From: a virus
Virus record (IMG/VR): IMGVR_UViG_3300021959_000011
Coordinates: 64,001-128,000 of that record
Reading direction: 5' to 3' (one strand)
DNA: 64,000 bases
Of the stretch, positions 9,725 through 18,815 are shown one piece after another. Position 1 is the stretch's first letter. Each line of letters starts with the position of its first letter. The notes beneath the pieces are model-generated. The model had not been told where the DNA came from, searched no databases, and saw nothing but the letters and a program-made list of their open reading frames with translations. The position numbers and the translations under genes were made by a program.

Positions 9725-9988
9725 TTATTGAAATTTAGATTCCCTTTTTGCAGCCCCCGGCATCTTTTTAACTTGGTCTAAAACTCCACTTCTAAAGTCA
9801 GTTGGCAGTTTCTGTACACCATATGCAACTGGGTCGCCAAGTGTTACTTTTGTAATCGTTTGTTGGATGTGTCCGTTACTACCACAGTCAGGACAATCTT
9901 CACTTAATGGTAAATGTCTATTTGACATTGAATTCATTTTTTCAAAAGAATGGTCACATTCTTTACATTGATATGAATATGTTGGCAT
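9725..9988 (-). CDS. FmdB-family zinc-ribbon protein
   Basis: MPTYSYQCKECDHSFE...CPDCGS; start moved to the internal ATG at 9988. Confidence 0.85.
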   Translation of the reverse strand: MPTYSYQCKECDHSFEKMNSMSNRHLPLSEDCPDCGSNGHIQQTITKVTLGDPVAYGVQKLPTDFRSGVLDQVKKMPGAAKRESKFQ

Positions 9989-9998
9989 TATATAACTC

Positions 9999-10787
9999 CT
10001 AAATGTTTTTATAATATAAAATAATATCGTGGTCTGCAATAAGTTTCAGTAGAGGCCTTCTACTGAAAAAACTGTTCCATCTACTTTTCCATCTTGTTTT
10101 AAAAATCTTCCATGCTGATGTTAGATGTGTTGTATTATCCATTTCTACATGGATGTATTCTCCCATGTGCGTATAAAGTAAACCAAAAGGTACTGATGGT
10201 ACAATATCTGCACCATGCACATGTCTGTAAAATTTTGATTTGACTGATTGACAATATTTTTTTGTACCCACTCTTGGTTGTCCAAATGTATATACCTGTC
10301 CAATGTACTTTGAGCGTGCGGCAGCAACCGTGGCAAGGGCGCCACCAAGACTATGACCAGTAAAGTATACAATATCACCTTTAGTATAAGTTTCGTCTAG
10401 CACTCGTTCTACATCATTCCAGATGTTATCTAATGCACCAGCAAAACCACGATGCACCATTCCTTGTTTTTCTCCCTTAGTGGGGAAAAGATTTAAATCT
10501 GCAACAACATCTTTTAATTCAGTTGGTTCTGTACCCCTAAATGCAATAACAATAGATTTACCAGACTTGAATAACATGGCCTCTGTACCATCTACATCAA
10601 AGTATGCGAGTTTAGTAACTTTATATGATTTTAAGTGTTGTTTAACTGTTTGCTTATTATCTGACAAATAAGCAAGTGCGGAAAACAAAGACATTTGTTT
10701 TGCAATATTTCTGTCATAATTAACAGATTGTGATATACTATTCCATTTTCCGAGCTCGTCAATAAGCTCAATCTTTTTTTCTTTCAT
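9999..10787 (-). CDS. class 3 lipase (alpha/beta hydrolase)
   Basis: IAFRGTE, VHRGF, TGHSLGGALA nucleophile elbow, YTFGQPRVG, DIVP.VP, terminal His. Confidence 0.92.
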   Translation of the reverse strand: MKEKKIELIDELGKWNSISQSVNYDRNIAKQMSLFSALAYLSDNKQTVKQHLKSYKVTKLAYFDVDGTEAMLFKSGKSIVIAFRGTEPTELKDVVADLNLFPTKGEKQGMVHRGFAGALDNIWNDVERVLDETYTKGDIVYFTGHSLGGALATVAAARSKYIGQVYTFGQPRVGTKKYCQSVKSKFYRHVHGADIVPSVPFGLLYTHMGEYIHVEMDNTTHLTSAWKIFKTRWKSRWNSFFSRRPLLKLIADHDIILYYKNI

Positions 10788-10791
10788 TCGT

Positions 10792-11346
10792 CTACTCCAA
10801 GTCCGTATCCCAATAAACATAATCAATCCAAGTTAGGTGCAGTTTTTGGTATTTTTCCTTACTGATACCTCTCATCAAATGGGTGTTTGATGGCACTACT
10901 GGTTTATTTATAGGATACATTCCAATCTCTTTGGTGAGTCGATTTCCTTTCTTTGTATTGCACCGCCGACATGCAGTTACAATATTATGCCAAGATGTGT
11001 TACCACCACGACTTAATGGTAATACATGATCGAATGTCAAATCTTTTGTTGGAAATTTTGTATTGCAATACTGACATTTAAATCTATCTCTTGCAAAAAC
11101 ATTAAGCCTAGTAAATCTAGGTGTCCTATGAGTTTTTACGTATGATTTAAGTGATATTACTGATGGTACATACATCTTGAAAGACGCACTATGTACAACA
11201 TGTTCATCATATTCGTGTACAACATTAACTCTTTCAAGCAAGGTAGAAGTAACTGCTTCTTGCCATGTGCAAGTAGATAAGGGCATTGTTGCCAGTGGTC
11301 TATAATCCGCATTCAGAACTAAAGTCTGAACATTGTTTGGTATCAT
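10792..11346 (-). CDS. HNH endonuclease
   Basis: LVLNADYRPL, RD.F.CQYC, TFDHVLPLSRGG.T.W.NIVTACRRCN.KKG. Confidence 0.93.
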   Translation of the reverse strand: MIPNNVQTLVLNADYRPLATMPLSTCTWQEAVTSTLLERVNVVHEYDEHVVHSASFKMYVPSVISLKSYVKTHRTPRFTRLNVFARDRFKCQYCNTKFPTKDLTFDHVLPLSRGGNTSWHNIVTACRRCNTKKGNRLTKEIGMYPINKPVVPSNTHLMRGISKEKYQKLHLTWIDYVYWDTDLE

Positions 11347-11407
11347 GAAAGTTTCCTACACAACCAACTCTATCTAATTTTATTTAGTGGAGTAAAGTTT
11401 TCCGAAG

Positions 11408-11665
11408 TTACGTTTTTGGAAACTCTATAATATTTTCTGCATTGGAAGTGCCATCATTTTTGGTCAAAAGATCAGTCATTAACCTGTCCAGTGAATCTTT
11501 AGACATTGTGATATCATTATCACCAAATAAATACTCACTATCAATGGCATTATCAACGTACCCAAGTTCTGCATCTTTTAAAAATTTTATATCTGATTCA
11601 ATCTGGTCTAAACGTTTACAGATTGCATTTAAAATTGTTAATGCAGTATCTTCGAATGGTGTCAT
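11408..11665 (-). CDS. hypothetical protein
   Basis: ORF with SD AAGGA and an upstream sigma70-type promoter (TTGACA near 11720). Confidence 0.6.
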   Translation of the reverse strand: MTPFEDTALTILNAICKRLDQIESDIKFLKDAELGYVDNAIDSEYLFGDNDITMSKDSLDRLMTDLLTKNDGTSNAENIIEFPKT

Positions 11666-11726
11666 TTTAGAATCCTTTTTGTATTTTGATTAATAAAGTA
11701 ACATTTTATTCATCATTTGTCAAGCA

Positions 11727-13769
11727 CTATTTTGTTGTTGCTATAAAAACACCATTCCAATCTTCTGGTAAATCCTGAGTTTCCATGTATTCGCACCTTT
11801 CTTTCCACATCCTGTAATAACCTTCCATACGTCCATCAAAATGGTCAACCAAACCTTCACACAAATACCCAGCGCGTACAAATTCCTTATTACGATAGTG
11901 CTTTAACATTTCATCATGTATTCTACCACTAACTCTATAGTGATTTTTAATATTATCTAATGCGGTGTAAATACTTATACCTATAGTCTTTCCTTTGACT
12001 GCAAGATCATCTAACTTCAGATAAAAGAAATCATCTTTTGTTCTATTATAGGTTTCTTCTCCAATTAACAAAACCATACCATATTCTTTACACTTTGATT
12101 CTATTCTCGCAGCAGTTGATACAGAATCCCCCAATACGTCATACGAGTGTCTTGCAGTACTTCCCATTTCACCCAAATAACCAAGACCAGTATTAATACC
12201 AGCCCCCATACCAACTGGAGGCCTACCTTCACTAGTAATTTTTTCATTGAACTTTTCCACAGCATTTAACATATCAAATGCAGTTTGTACTGCAGTCTTG
12301 GCATGGTTTGGATCATCTATAGGGGCATTATGAACATGCATACTTGCATCACCAATATATTTGATAACCATACCTTCACTATCAAGAATTGGTTGTGTGA
12401 TTGCATCCATATAACCATTCATAATCTTAGTCAAACCTTTTACGTCATCACCAAAAGATTCTCCTAATGGTGTGAAACCACGCAAATCGGAAAAACAAAT
12501 ACTAATCTCTTTTTTCATACCATCTTTGATAAGTGAAGGATTTTCTTGTAACATGCGTACAACTGTGGGAGATGCATAACCGGCAAATTGTTTTTTGATT
12601 TCTTGTTTCTCTAAAAATTCACTGATAAACTTTACTGAGTATCTAAAAGTACCTAATAAAAGTAACAAGAATGATATCGTAAGTCCATCAATCAAAAATC
12701 CATATTGATTAAAAATGTATACTGTACTGTACATTATACCCACTAATGTAAACGTAAAGAAACATAATCCAATATAAGTCCAGTTTGATAACACAATTAA
12801 TAACAGTCCAATAACTATCAATGCAGTAATTTCGCCCCAGGCCTTTGCATCTGGGTGTCTTGAAATATTTGAGTCGTTGAATACTGTGCCCAACATGACT
12901 GCCTGCATTTCGTGCGGCCATATACCACCTTTTGCAGTAGAGATAGGTTGTGCAATCCCACCAGCACTAACACCAACAAAAACAACACCACCATTAAAAT
13001 TATCTGGTAAGTTTTCACTACTCACAGAAGTATATCCCTGAGACCAATCAATCCAGATTTCACCAAGGGCGTTTGTCTGAATAGAACCAAATTGTGGAAT
13101 TCTCAGTTTATCTACGCCGAGGGGGGATAGTTTAATTTGAAATGAAGGATCTCCAGCAATAACTCTTAAAGTCTCCATTGTTACATTTGGATATAAAACT
13201 CCACCACTTTCAAACACAAGGGGAGCTCTTCTTGTTACACCATCCAATTCTGGATAAGTGTCAGTTATCCCTGTACCAAGTGCAGTACCTTCAAGTAATT
13301 CAATATTAGTTGTGATGCCAGATATACTTGGAATGAGATGCATATACTGACTATTAATAATTCCAGCGCCAGGGTTATATGGTTCATTTTTGTTCTCCTC
13401 TGTACCTATCATTGTTAAAATGACAGGATACTCATTTAAAATATAAGATAATTCTTCATCTTCTCCAAATCTATCTTTTTCGCTCATAAGTACATTAAAT
13501 ACAACTAGTCCAGCACCTCTATCGTAAATATCTTGGATAATCTCCCCATAAATACTTCGAGGAAATGGCCATTGTCCATATTCATCAATAGTTGTTTCAT
13601 CTATATTGACTGTAAAAATATTATTTTGTTGTATTGGTTGACTTGTAATAAGAGTGTCAAAATATCTTAACCTAACACTCTCAACAAAATTTGGATTGAC
13701 ATGATAGATCCATGTCAGACATGCGAGTAGTAAAATACTCCATACAGGTGAAAGTAAAACTTTTTTCAT
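11727..13769 (-). CDS. CHASE2-domain class III adenylate/guanylate cyclase
   Basis: N-terminal TM; CHASE2 motifs (VNIDETTIDEYGQWPFPRS, DGVTRR, HEMQA); 3 TM; cyclase motifs FSDLRGFT, KYIGDA, GAGINTG, YDVLGDSVSTAARIES, VKGK; C-terminal TPR-like W.GVF..TTK. Confidence 0.95.
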   Translation of the reverse strand: MKKVLLSPVWSILLLACLTWIYHVNPNFVESVRLRYFDTLITSQPIQQNNIFTVNIDETTIDEYGQWPFPRSIYGEIIQDIYDRGAGLVVFNVLMSEKDRFGEDEELSYILNEYPVILTMIGTEENKNEPYNPGAGIINSQYMHLIPSISGITTNIELLEGTALGTGITDTYPELDGVTRRAPLVFESGGVLYPNVTMETLRVIAGDPSFQIKLSPLGVDKLRIPQFGSIQTNALGEIWIDWSQGYTSVSSENLPDNFNGGVVFVGVSAGGIAQPISTAKGGIWPHEMQAVMLGTVFNDSNISRHPDAKAWGEITALIVIGLLLIVLSNWTYIGLCFFTFTLVGIMYSTVYIFNQYGFLIDGLTISFLLLLLGTFRYSVKFISEFLEKQEIKKQFAGYASPTVVRMLQENPSLIKDGMKKEISICFSDLRGFTPLGESFGDDVKGLTKIMNGYMDAITQPILDSEGMVIKYIGDASMHVHNAPIDDPNHAKTAVQTAFDMLNAVEKFNEKITSEGRPPVGMGAGINTGLGYLGEMGSTARHSYDVLGDSVSTAARIESKCKEYGMVLLIGEETYNRTKDDFFYLKLDDLAVKGKTIGISIYTALDNIKNHYRVSGRIHDEMLKHYRNKEFVRAGYLCEGLVDHFDGRMEGYYRMWKERCEYMETQDLPEDWNGVFIATTK

Positions 13770-14041
13770 GACAACTTTTTCTTTATATACAATACTACCG
13801 CATAAACTGTTAAAAGATACACTGTTGCGATACTAACATCTACAATATGTTCTCTCATATTATATATAAATTCTATTCCTGCCTGAACATCTCCCTGACC
13901 ACCTACACCAACATTTTCTGTAATATTGATTGTTTTGCCTTCGAACCCGTCAAAGGCGCCATCCTCAATAATAATTTCACAATCGTCACATTCGCCGTCT
14001 TGCCAAGGTTCTACTGTTTGATTAATTTCAATGTCATTCAT
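13766..14041 (-). CDS. small acidic protein with C-terminal TM helix
   Basis: Acidic N-terminus with CDDC, TM VSIATVYLLTVYAVVLYI; ATGA overlap with the cyclase gene. Confidence 0.65.
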   Translation of the reverse strand: MNDIEINQTVEPWQDGECDDCEIIIEDGAFDGFEGKTINITENVGVGGQGDVQAGIEFIYNMREHIVDVSIATVYLLTVYAVVLYIKKKLS

Positions 14042-14048
14042 TTTTTCC

Positions 14049-14747
14049 TCAATTCTGTGTCACATTTACTGTACACCCAGATGAATTAGTGCAATAATTT
14101 GTAATAGAGATTGATTTTGATGCTGGGTCTTGGTAACTTGATCCAAGTTGTTGTATATTTGCTGTCACGGGCCCGCCAGCATTTGTTACATTGATAGTTG
14201 CTGAGTTATTAAGTGAACGTTGGTAAAGAGTAACATCGTTGTCATCACCTGTCACATAGATACCACCATAGGCTACACCATAACTGTCGCTGTTATGTTT
14301 TACTGTATTACCATCACCAGTTATATAAGTCTCACTTTCTTTGTGTCCACCCCAACTACCACCACTACTATTATTGATTAACCGACTCATTACAGTATTT
14401 TCATCACCTGTTATTTCTACAATAGTTTCTCTGGTGTTGCCATTGTTTTGTCCGGCCGCATGACTAGTTCGAACTATGTTTTCATTTCCAATCATTGTCA
14501 CATCTACAACACTGTTATCACTTTTATAACCTCTACTCCACCCTACTGCATTACCATTTAAGTCAATACAATTACTGTCAGCATTAGGTGTGGCACAATA
14601 ACGAAATTCGTTATCCCGTCCATCTTGAACCACAGTAAGTTCAAGATTGTCGCCAACTTGATTGATATAAATTTCGTTACTATTGGACTTGGATGATATT
14701 AATAGTGTTATTACCAACACCAAGCCGATAGTTATATATTGCTTCAT
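14049..14747 (-). CDS. secreted curlin-like beta-solenoid protein 2 (CsgA/CsgB-like)
   Basis: Signal peptide; NEIYINQVGDNLELTVVQDGRDN and repeated x-I-T-G-D-x-N-x-V units. Confidence 0.75.
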   Translation of the reverse strand: MKQYITIGLVLVITLLISSKSNSNEIYINQVGDNLELTVVQDGRDNEFRYCATPNADSNCIDLNGNAVGWSRGYKSDNSVVDVTMIGNENIVRTSHAAGQNNGNTRETIVEITGDENTVMSRLINNSSGGSWGGHKESETYITGDGNTVKHNSDSYGVAYGGIYVTGDDNDVTLYQRSLNNSATINVTNAGGPVTANIQQLGSSYQDPASKSISITNYCTNSSGCTVNVTQN

Positions 14748-15795
14748 CTTGTTGCTCCACGTTTATCGTATACCCATATTCTTGGTTTAATTCTAAATCA
14801 ATATAATGAGTAATGGATGCATCTTCTCTACTAAACTTCCAATTTGGTTCTTCAACTTCTAATGTTATTCTTGTGGCTGGATCGTATCCAAATACTTTAT
14901 CTGCAAAAAATTCTTCGTTCTGTTTTTGTAACTCATCTTTAAATAATTCCGCCAATGCTAGGTTCATCGTGTCTAACATATCATGCAACAATTCTTGTAA
15001 ATATAAGTCAGTATTATTTAGTTCAGTTACCCAGATGTTTTTGATATCGTCTAAAAGTACATCTTCATCCAACCCATCATATTCTAAAAAGTCAATATCT
15101 AAAAAATCATAAATTTTTCGCGCCTTGCGTACAATTTCTTCTTCCTCTTCTATATATGGAGATTTCTTTCTAAGAATTAAGAGATTTGTAATATCGGATT
15201 CTTCTAAAGGTAATATTAATGGTTTTAACGGTGGGGTCCAAGATTGTTTTACAATAGTTGTTTGATAAGATTGATTCATTATAACAATACCATTATCATT
15301 TTCTACAGTAATTTCACCAGTAACACAATATCCACTTATATCACAACTAGGCAGTAATGTAACCATTGTGCCACCAATTTCATCTACAACCATTACAAAA
15401 TCCGTGCCACGCACATTAATCTTTGCACTAGGAGTTCTTATGTTTACACGCTGTCTACTATTCTTTGCAATTTGACCACTTGCGTATCTAACTGTACCCA
15501 GAGTTGCCCTTAAACCCAATCTACCAGTACGAGTATTTGGATCATAAACAAAATCATCGATCAACAATCTTGCATGTTCTGTAATATCTACTCTAGTTTC
15601 ATCAACAAAATCGATTCTCATTCTACCCTTGGCAGTAACAGCAGTATCCATAGGCATAACACCTACGCCCCTGCCACCATCAATAACTTGATTATCTCTT
15701 TCTAACACTCCACTACCACTAAACTTACCTATTTCACCGGCACTACCAAACGCATAAGTTGGTATCAACAATAATAGACTTATTATCCTAAACAC
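14680..15795 (-). CDS. FecR-domain exported protein
   Basis: Signal peptide; D...T..G...I.F.D.T.V.I.E...L.ID.F.YDP, G.VRY.SG, IRTPSA.I.VRGTDF. Confidence 0.88.
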   Translation of the reverse strand: MFRIISLLLLIPTYAFGSAGEIGKFSGSGVLERDNQVIDGGRGVGVMPMDTAVTAKGRMRIDFVDETRVDITEHARLLIDDFVYDPNTRTGRLGLRATLGTVRYASGQIAKNSRQRVNIRTPSAKINVRGTDFVMVVDEIGGTMVTLLPSCDISGYCVTGEITVENDNGIVIMNQSYQTTIVKQSWTPPLKPLILPLEESDITNLLILRKKSPYIEEEEEIVRKARKIYDFLDIDFLEYDGLDEDVLLDDIKNIWVTELNNTDLYLQELLHDMLDTMNLALAELFKDELQKQNEEFFADKVFGYDPATRITLEVEEPNWKFSREDASITHYIDLELNQEYGYTINVEQQDEAIYNYRLGVGNNTINIIQVQ

Positions 15796-15796
15796 A

Positions 15797-16525
15797 TTAG
15801 TCTCTCTGGATAATATCTACTTCGGCATTATCACCCACAAATGTTGCATCAACTTTTGTATCATAAATTCCACTTTGGTTTATACTAAACCAACCGCCAC
15901 CACCAGTAATACTTAATGTAACACTATGTCCGGCACTATCACCGGCACCAGATTGGTCAATCTTTACATAATTGCCAGGAGCTTCAGTAGCTAATCCAGA
16001 ATGACCGTCAGAAACTGTACCACTTGCAAGTGAATTTTCATTGTTTATTGTCACAGTAATATCTGCGGCCTTACCATCCTGATCAACATCAATGACGTTT
16101 CCATCACCAGTAATGGTAAATACGGCAACTAGGTCTTCCGCATCGCCGGTTTCACCAATTCTGAACAGAAATTTGTTATCATCTCCAGTTGTCGCAATAT
16201 TCAATGTGACATCTTCACAATTTGTACCAGAAGTATCATCACACGTCAGATCCACAGTATTGTCATCACCAGTAAATACCCACGTACCAGTGTAACTATT
16301 ACCTTTTATCAGTGCATCAATTTCATTAAAATTACCTGTTTGAGTAATTGAGAATGTCATATCATCACCATCTAAAAGAACATCTGTTGTAGAGTCACCA
16401 AACTCATTGTCCTGACCATCTTGCGTAATAGCTAAATCTAAATTATCACCAGATTGTGTAATATAGATATCATTAGCAAATACTGGAAACGAAAAGAATA
16501 TCAATGGAATTATATATTTCCACAT
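15797..16525 (-). CDS. secreted curlin-like beta-solenoid protein 1 (CsgA/CsgB-like)
   Basis: Signal peptide; NDIYITQSGDNLDLAITQDGQDN, ITQTGNFN, TGDDN, IDQSG, INQSG repeats. Confidence 0.8.
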   Translation of the reverse strand: MWKYIIPLIFFSFPVFANDIYITQSGDNLDLAITQDGQDNEFGDSTTDVLLDGDDMTFSITQTGNFNEIDALIKGNSYTGTWVFTGDDNTVDLTCDDTSGTNCEDVTLNIATTGDDNKFLFRIGETGDAEDLVAVFTITGDGNVIDVDQDGKAADITVTINNENSLASGTVSDGHSGLATEAPGNYVKIDQSGAGDSAGHSVTLSITGGGGWFSINQSGIYDTKVDATFVGDNAEVDIIQRD

Positions 16526-16546
16526 ATCTTATTTCTCCTTAATAAA

Positions 16547-17347
16547 TTATTTGAATTTCCATAATTTTTTATCAACACCTTCATAAACCAATTCTATAAT
16601 TCCCTGCTCTATCGCAGCTCTTACTGCATAATTTACAGGTTCGTTTACTGAAAAACCAGATTCTGTTTCTACGAGTTTTGTACCTAAATCCAAAAACTTA
16701 AAAACATCTGCGCCGGTTCTATAACTTGCAATAGATTTTTCTGTTGCAATACTCATTAAGACCTTACCAGTGTTAACGCTAACTAATCTCATTACGACAG
16801 TAACTGTATCTATTCTATATTCTGTTTGTGCGCCGATGCCAAGATATCTTCCACCAACACCACCTACAGCCGTATTACTGTCATAACCAACTACACCACC
16901 TTCTAAAATCAAACCCGCAAAAATCATAGGTTTTAATTTTATGGGTCCGTTTGGTAAATCCTTTTCGTATACCTCTCTTGTATTTCTAATAAGTTGTCTT
17001 TCTTTAATAAGGTTGTCCATACCAACTCTTTCAACAACCTCAAACCATTCACCCTGTCCAACATCCTGTAGGGCCTTTATAACCCAAACCTCCGAACCTT
17101 GTGTTACGGCCGAACTTAGATTTGCAATACCATCTGATGGTTTTCTCTGTCCAGTTTTATCCAAAAACTGATAGACTGCAATAGTAATTTTATCACCATC
17201 TATTGGTGGTACTGCTGCCAATCGTTCTTTGATAGGACTCTCCTGTGATACTGGAGAATCGTCCAAACTATTCAGAACATCAAGAGATTGCATTACTGCA
17301 CATCCGCCTAAAAAATTCATAAAAAATATTATAAAAAATATTCTCAT
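16547..17347 (-). CDS. csgG: curli secretion channel lipoprotein CsgG
   Basis: Lipobox LGGC; IAVYQFLDKTGQRKP...SSAVTQG, WFEVVERVG.DNL.KERQLIR, EGGVVGYD.N...GG.GGRYLGIG...YR.D.VTV..RLVSV.TG, NEPV..AVR.AIE. Confidence 0.95.
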   Translation of the reverse strand: MRIFFIIFFMNFLGGCAVMQSLDVLNSLDDSPVSQESPIKERLAAVPPIDGDKITIAVYQFLDKTGQRKPSDGIANLSSAVTQGSEVWVIKALQDVGQGEWFEVVERVGMDNLIKERQLIRNTREVYEKDLPNGPIKLKPMIFAGLILEGGVVGYDSNTAVGGVGGRYLGIGAQTEYRIDTVTVVMRLVSVNTGKVLMSIATEKSIASYRTGADVFKFLDLGTKLVETESGFSVNEPVNYAVRAAIEQGIIELVYEGVDKKLWKFK

Positions 17348-17809
17348 TTAAAATCCAAATTCTCCACTGCCTGGCACAGTAATTTCTGTAACAGTACCAT
17401 CATCACCAACAATAGTTAGTGTGATTTCACCAGTAGTTTCATCTCTAATCCAACTAATAGTTGAACCTTCAATCGATGCTGTACCTGTATTTGAACAAGT
17501 ATCAGTACAATCTGCAAACATCGAATCTACCATCTGTTTAGAAAGTTGTGCGTAAATTCTAGATTCAATGTTACGAATAAATTTATTTAGAGTTGTATTA
17601 TTCAATTCTCTTTCTATTCGTGCGGCCTCAGATTCTGCATCTTTTCGAAGTTCTTCTTTTCTATTATGTTGCAACTGTTCAACACTCAGTACATGAGTAG
17701 AATATCCATTACCATAATGAAATGCAGGGTTCTTAAATCCCCATGTCATTTCAGAACCATATACTGGAAATGTTAATAATAATATCACTAATATAAAAAA
17801 GATTTTCAT
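17348..17809 (-). CDS. csgF: curli assembly protein CsgF
   Basis: Signal peptide; SEMTWGFKNPAF..GNG (CsgF N-terminus), F..N.ESRIYAQLS, G..TEITVP; directly upstream of csgG. Confidence 0.88.
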   Translation of the reverse strand: MKIFFILVILLLTFPVYGSEMTWGFKNPAFHYGNGYSTHVLSVEQLQHNRKEELRKDAESEAARIERELNNTTLNKFIRNIESRIYAQLSKQMVDSMFADCTDTCSNTGTASIEGSTISWIRDETTGEITLTIVGDDGTVTEITVPGSGEFGF

Positions 17810-17817
17810 AATTATTC

Positions 17818-18108
17818 CTACTTATCTTTATTCTTTAAAAACTCATCTATTTCTTCTTCAGTTGGTATTTTTTGTTCTTTAGATTGTAAAATCATATTTA
17901 ATTTTGTATTTAGTCTAATTAAATCATTATCCATCATTCTTATGCGATCAATTAATGCAATCAAAGTCATATGAGATTCTTCGATTACAGGGTCGACTTC
18001 CTTAGTAACCCAATTCCAAATATAAAATATGAAATATCCTAGTCCTACCGCAGCGATTATTGGAAATCCATACTGCGATACTAAATCACCTAAATTTTGA
18101 TCTGGCAT
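17818..18108 (-). CDS. small single-TM coiled-coil protein (paralogue of 18480..18767)
   Basis: LVSQYGFPIIAAVGLGYFIF...DRIRMMDNDLIRL. Confidence 0.75.
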   Translation of the reverse strand: MPDQNLGDLVSQYGFPIIAAVGLGYFIFYIWNWVTKEVDPVIEESHMTLIALIDRIRMMDNDLIRLNTKLNMILQSKEQKIPTEEEIDEFLKNKDK

Positions 18109-18311
18109 TATTCTGACTCAGACAAATCTTCTGGATTACATCTCATCAACCAACCATGTTCATTTACAACAAACTTATCGCCGGGCTTATAAAGGTGATA
18201 CTCCTTTACAGAATTTCCATCCTTATCCATTCCCATCACTTCGCCTGGCCAATCACCTTTGACTGTAAAATTATTGCCGGCCTGCTCAATACTATATTCA
18301 ACCCATAACAT
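18108..18311 (-). CDS. small hypothetical protein (start reassigned to MLWVEY)
   Basis: Overlaps the upstream small ORF; C-terminal PGDKFVVNEHGWL. Confidence 0.6.
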   Translation of the reverse strand: MLWVEYSIEQAGNNFTVKGDWPGEVMGMDKDGNSVKEYHLYKPGDKFVVNEHGWLMRCNPEDLSESE

Positions 18312-18477
18312 TTTCAGCACCAATTTTTTCAAAGTACCCATTTGGGCCAACTCTATAAACATCACCGATTTGTAATTCAACATCATCAATGATAAAAAAT
18401 TTATCATCTGGATTTTTATTTGTCAAAATGCGAAAACCATTTTGAAATTTCATTAGTAGTAAATCTTTCCACAACAT
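18298..18477 (-). CDS. small hypothetical protein, 59 aa (not in ORF track)
   Basis: MLWKDLLLMKFQNGFRILTNKNPDDKFFIIDDVELQIGDVYRVGPNGYFEKIGAENVMG; starts 2 nt after the upstream stop. Confidence 0.6.
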   Translation of the reverse strand: MLWKDLLLMKFQNGFRILTNKNPDDKFFIIDDVELQIGDVYRVGPNGYFEKIGAENVMG

Positions 18478-18479
18478 AT

Positions 18480-18767
18480 TTAGTCCTTTCTAGCATCTTT
18501 TTGTCCATCTGCCCTTGCAATTCTATTTAAATCTGCAGGGAGCATTGGAATATTAAATGAACGGCACATTAATATATCTATTCTCAAAAGTTCATTATTC
18601 ATCGTTTTCACTCTATTATCAAGAGACTTTACGAATCCTCTTTGGGTACGGATATCATCTAAGACTCCGGCCAATATGAATTTCAATGTTAGGAACACAA
18701 AAAATCCACCCGCCAAAGCGGATGCAATTGGAAACCCCACATCACTGACCAAATCTAAAATATCCAT
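18480..18767 (-). CDS. small single-TM coiled-coil protein (paralogue of 17818..18108)
   Basis: LVSDVGFPIASALAGGFFVF...DNRVKTMNNELLRI; SD GAGGA. Confidence 0.75.
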   Translation of the reverse strand: MDILDLVSDVGFPIASALAGGFFVFLTLKFILAGVLDDIRTQRGFVKSLDNRVKTMNNELLRIDILMCRSFNIPMLPADLNRIARADGQKDARKD

Positions 18768-18786
18768 AATAGTTTATCCTCAAAAC

Positions 18787-18794
18787 TATTTATA
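18787..18794 (-). promoter_or_regulatory. T4-type late promoter heading the curli/FecR/cyclase operon
   Basis: Exact TATAAATA about 20 nt upstream of the 18767 ATG. Confidence 0.8.
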
Positions 18795-18815
18795 AAAATC
18801 AAAGAATTTACTTTA

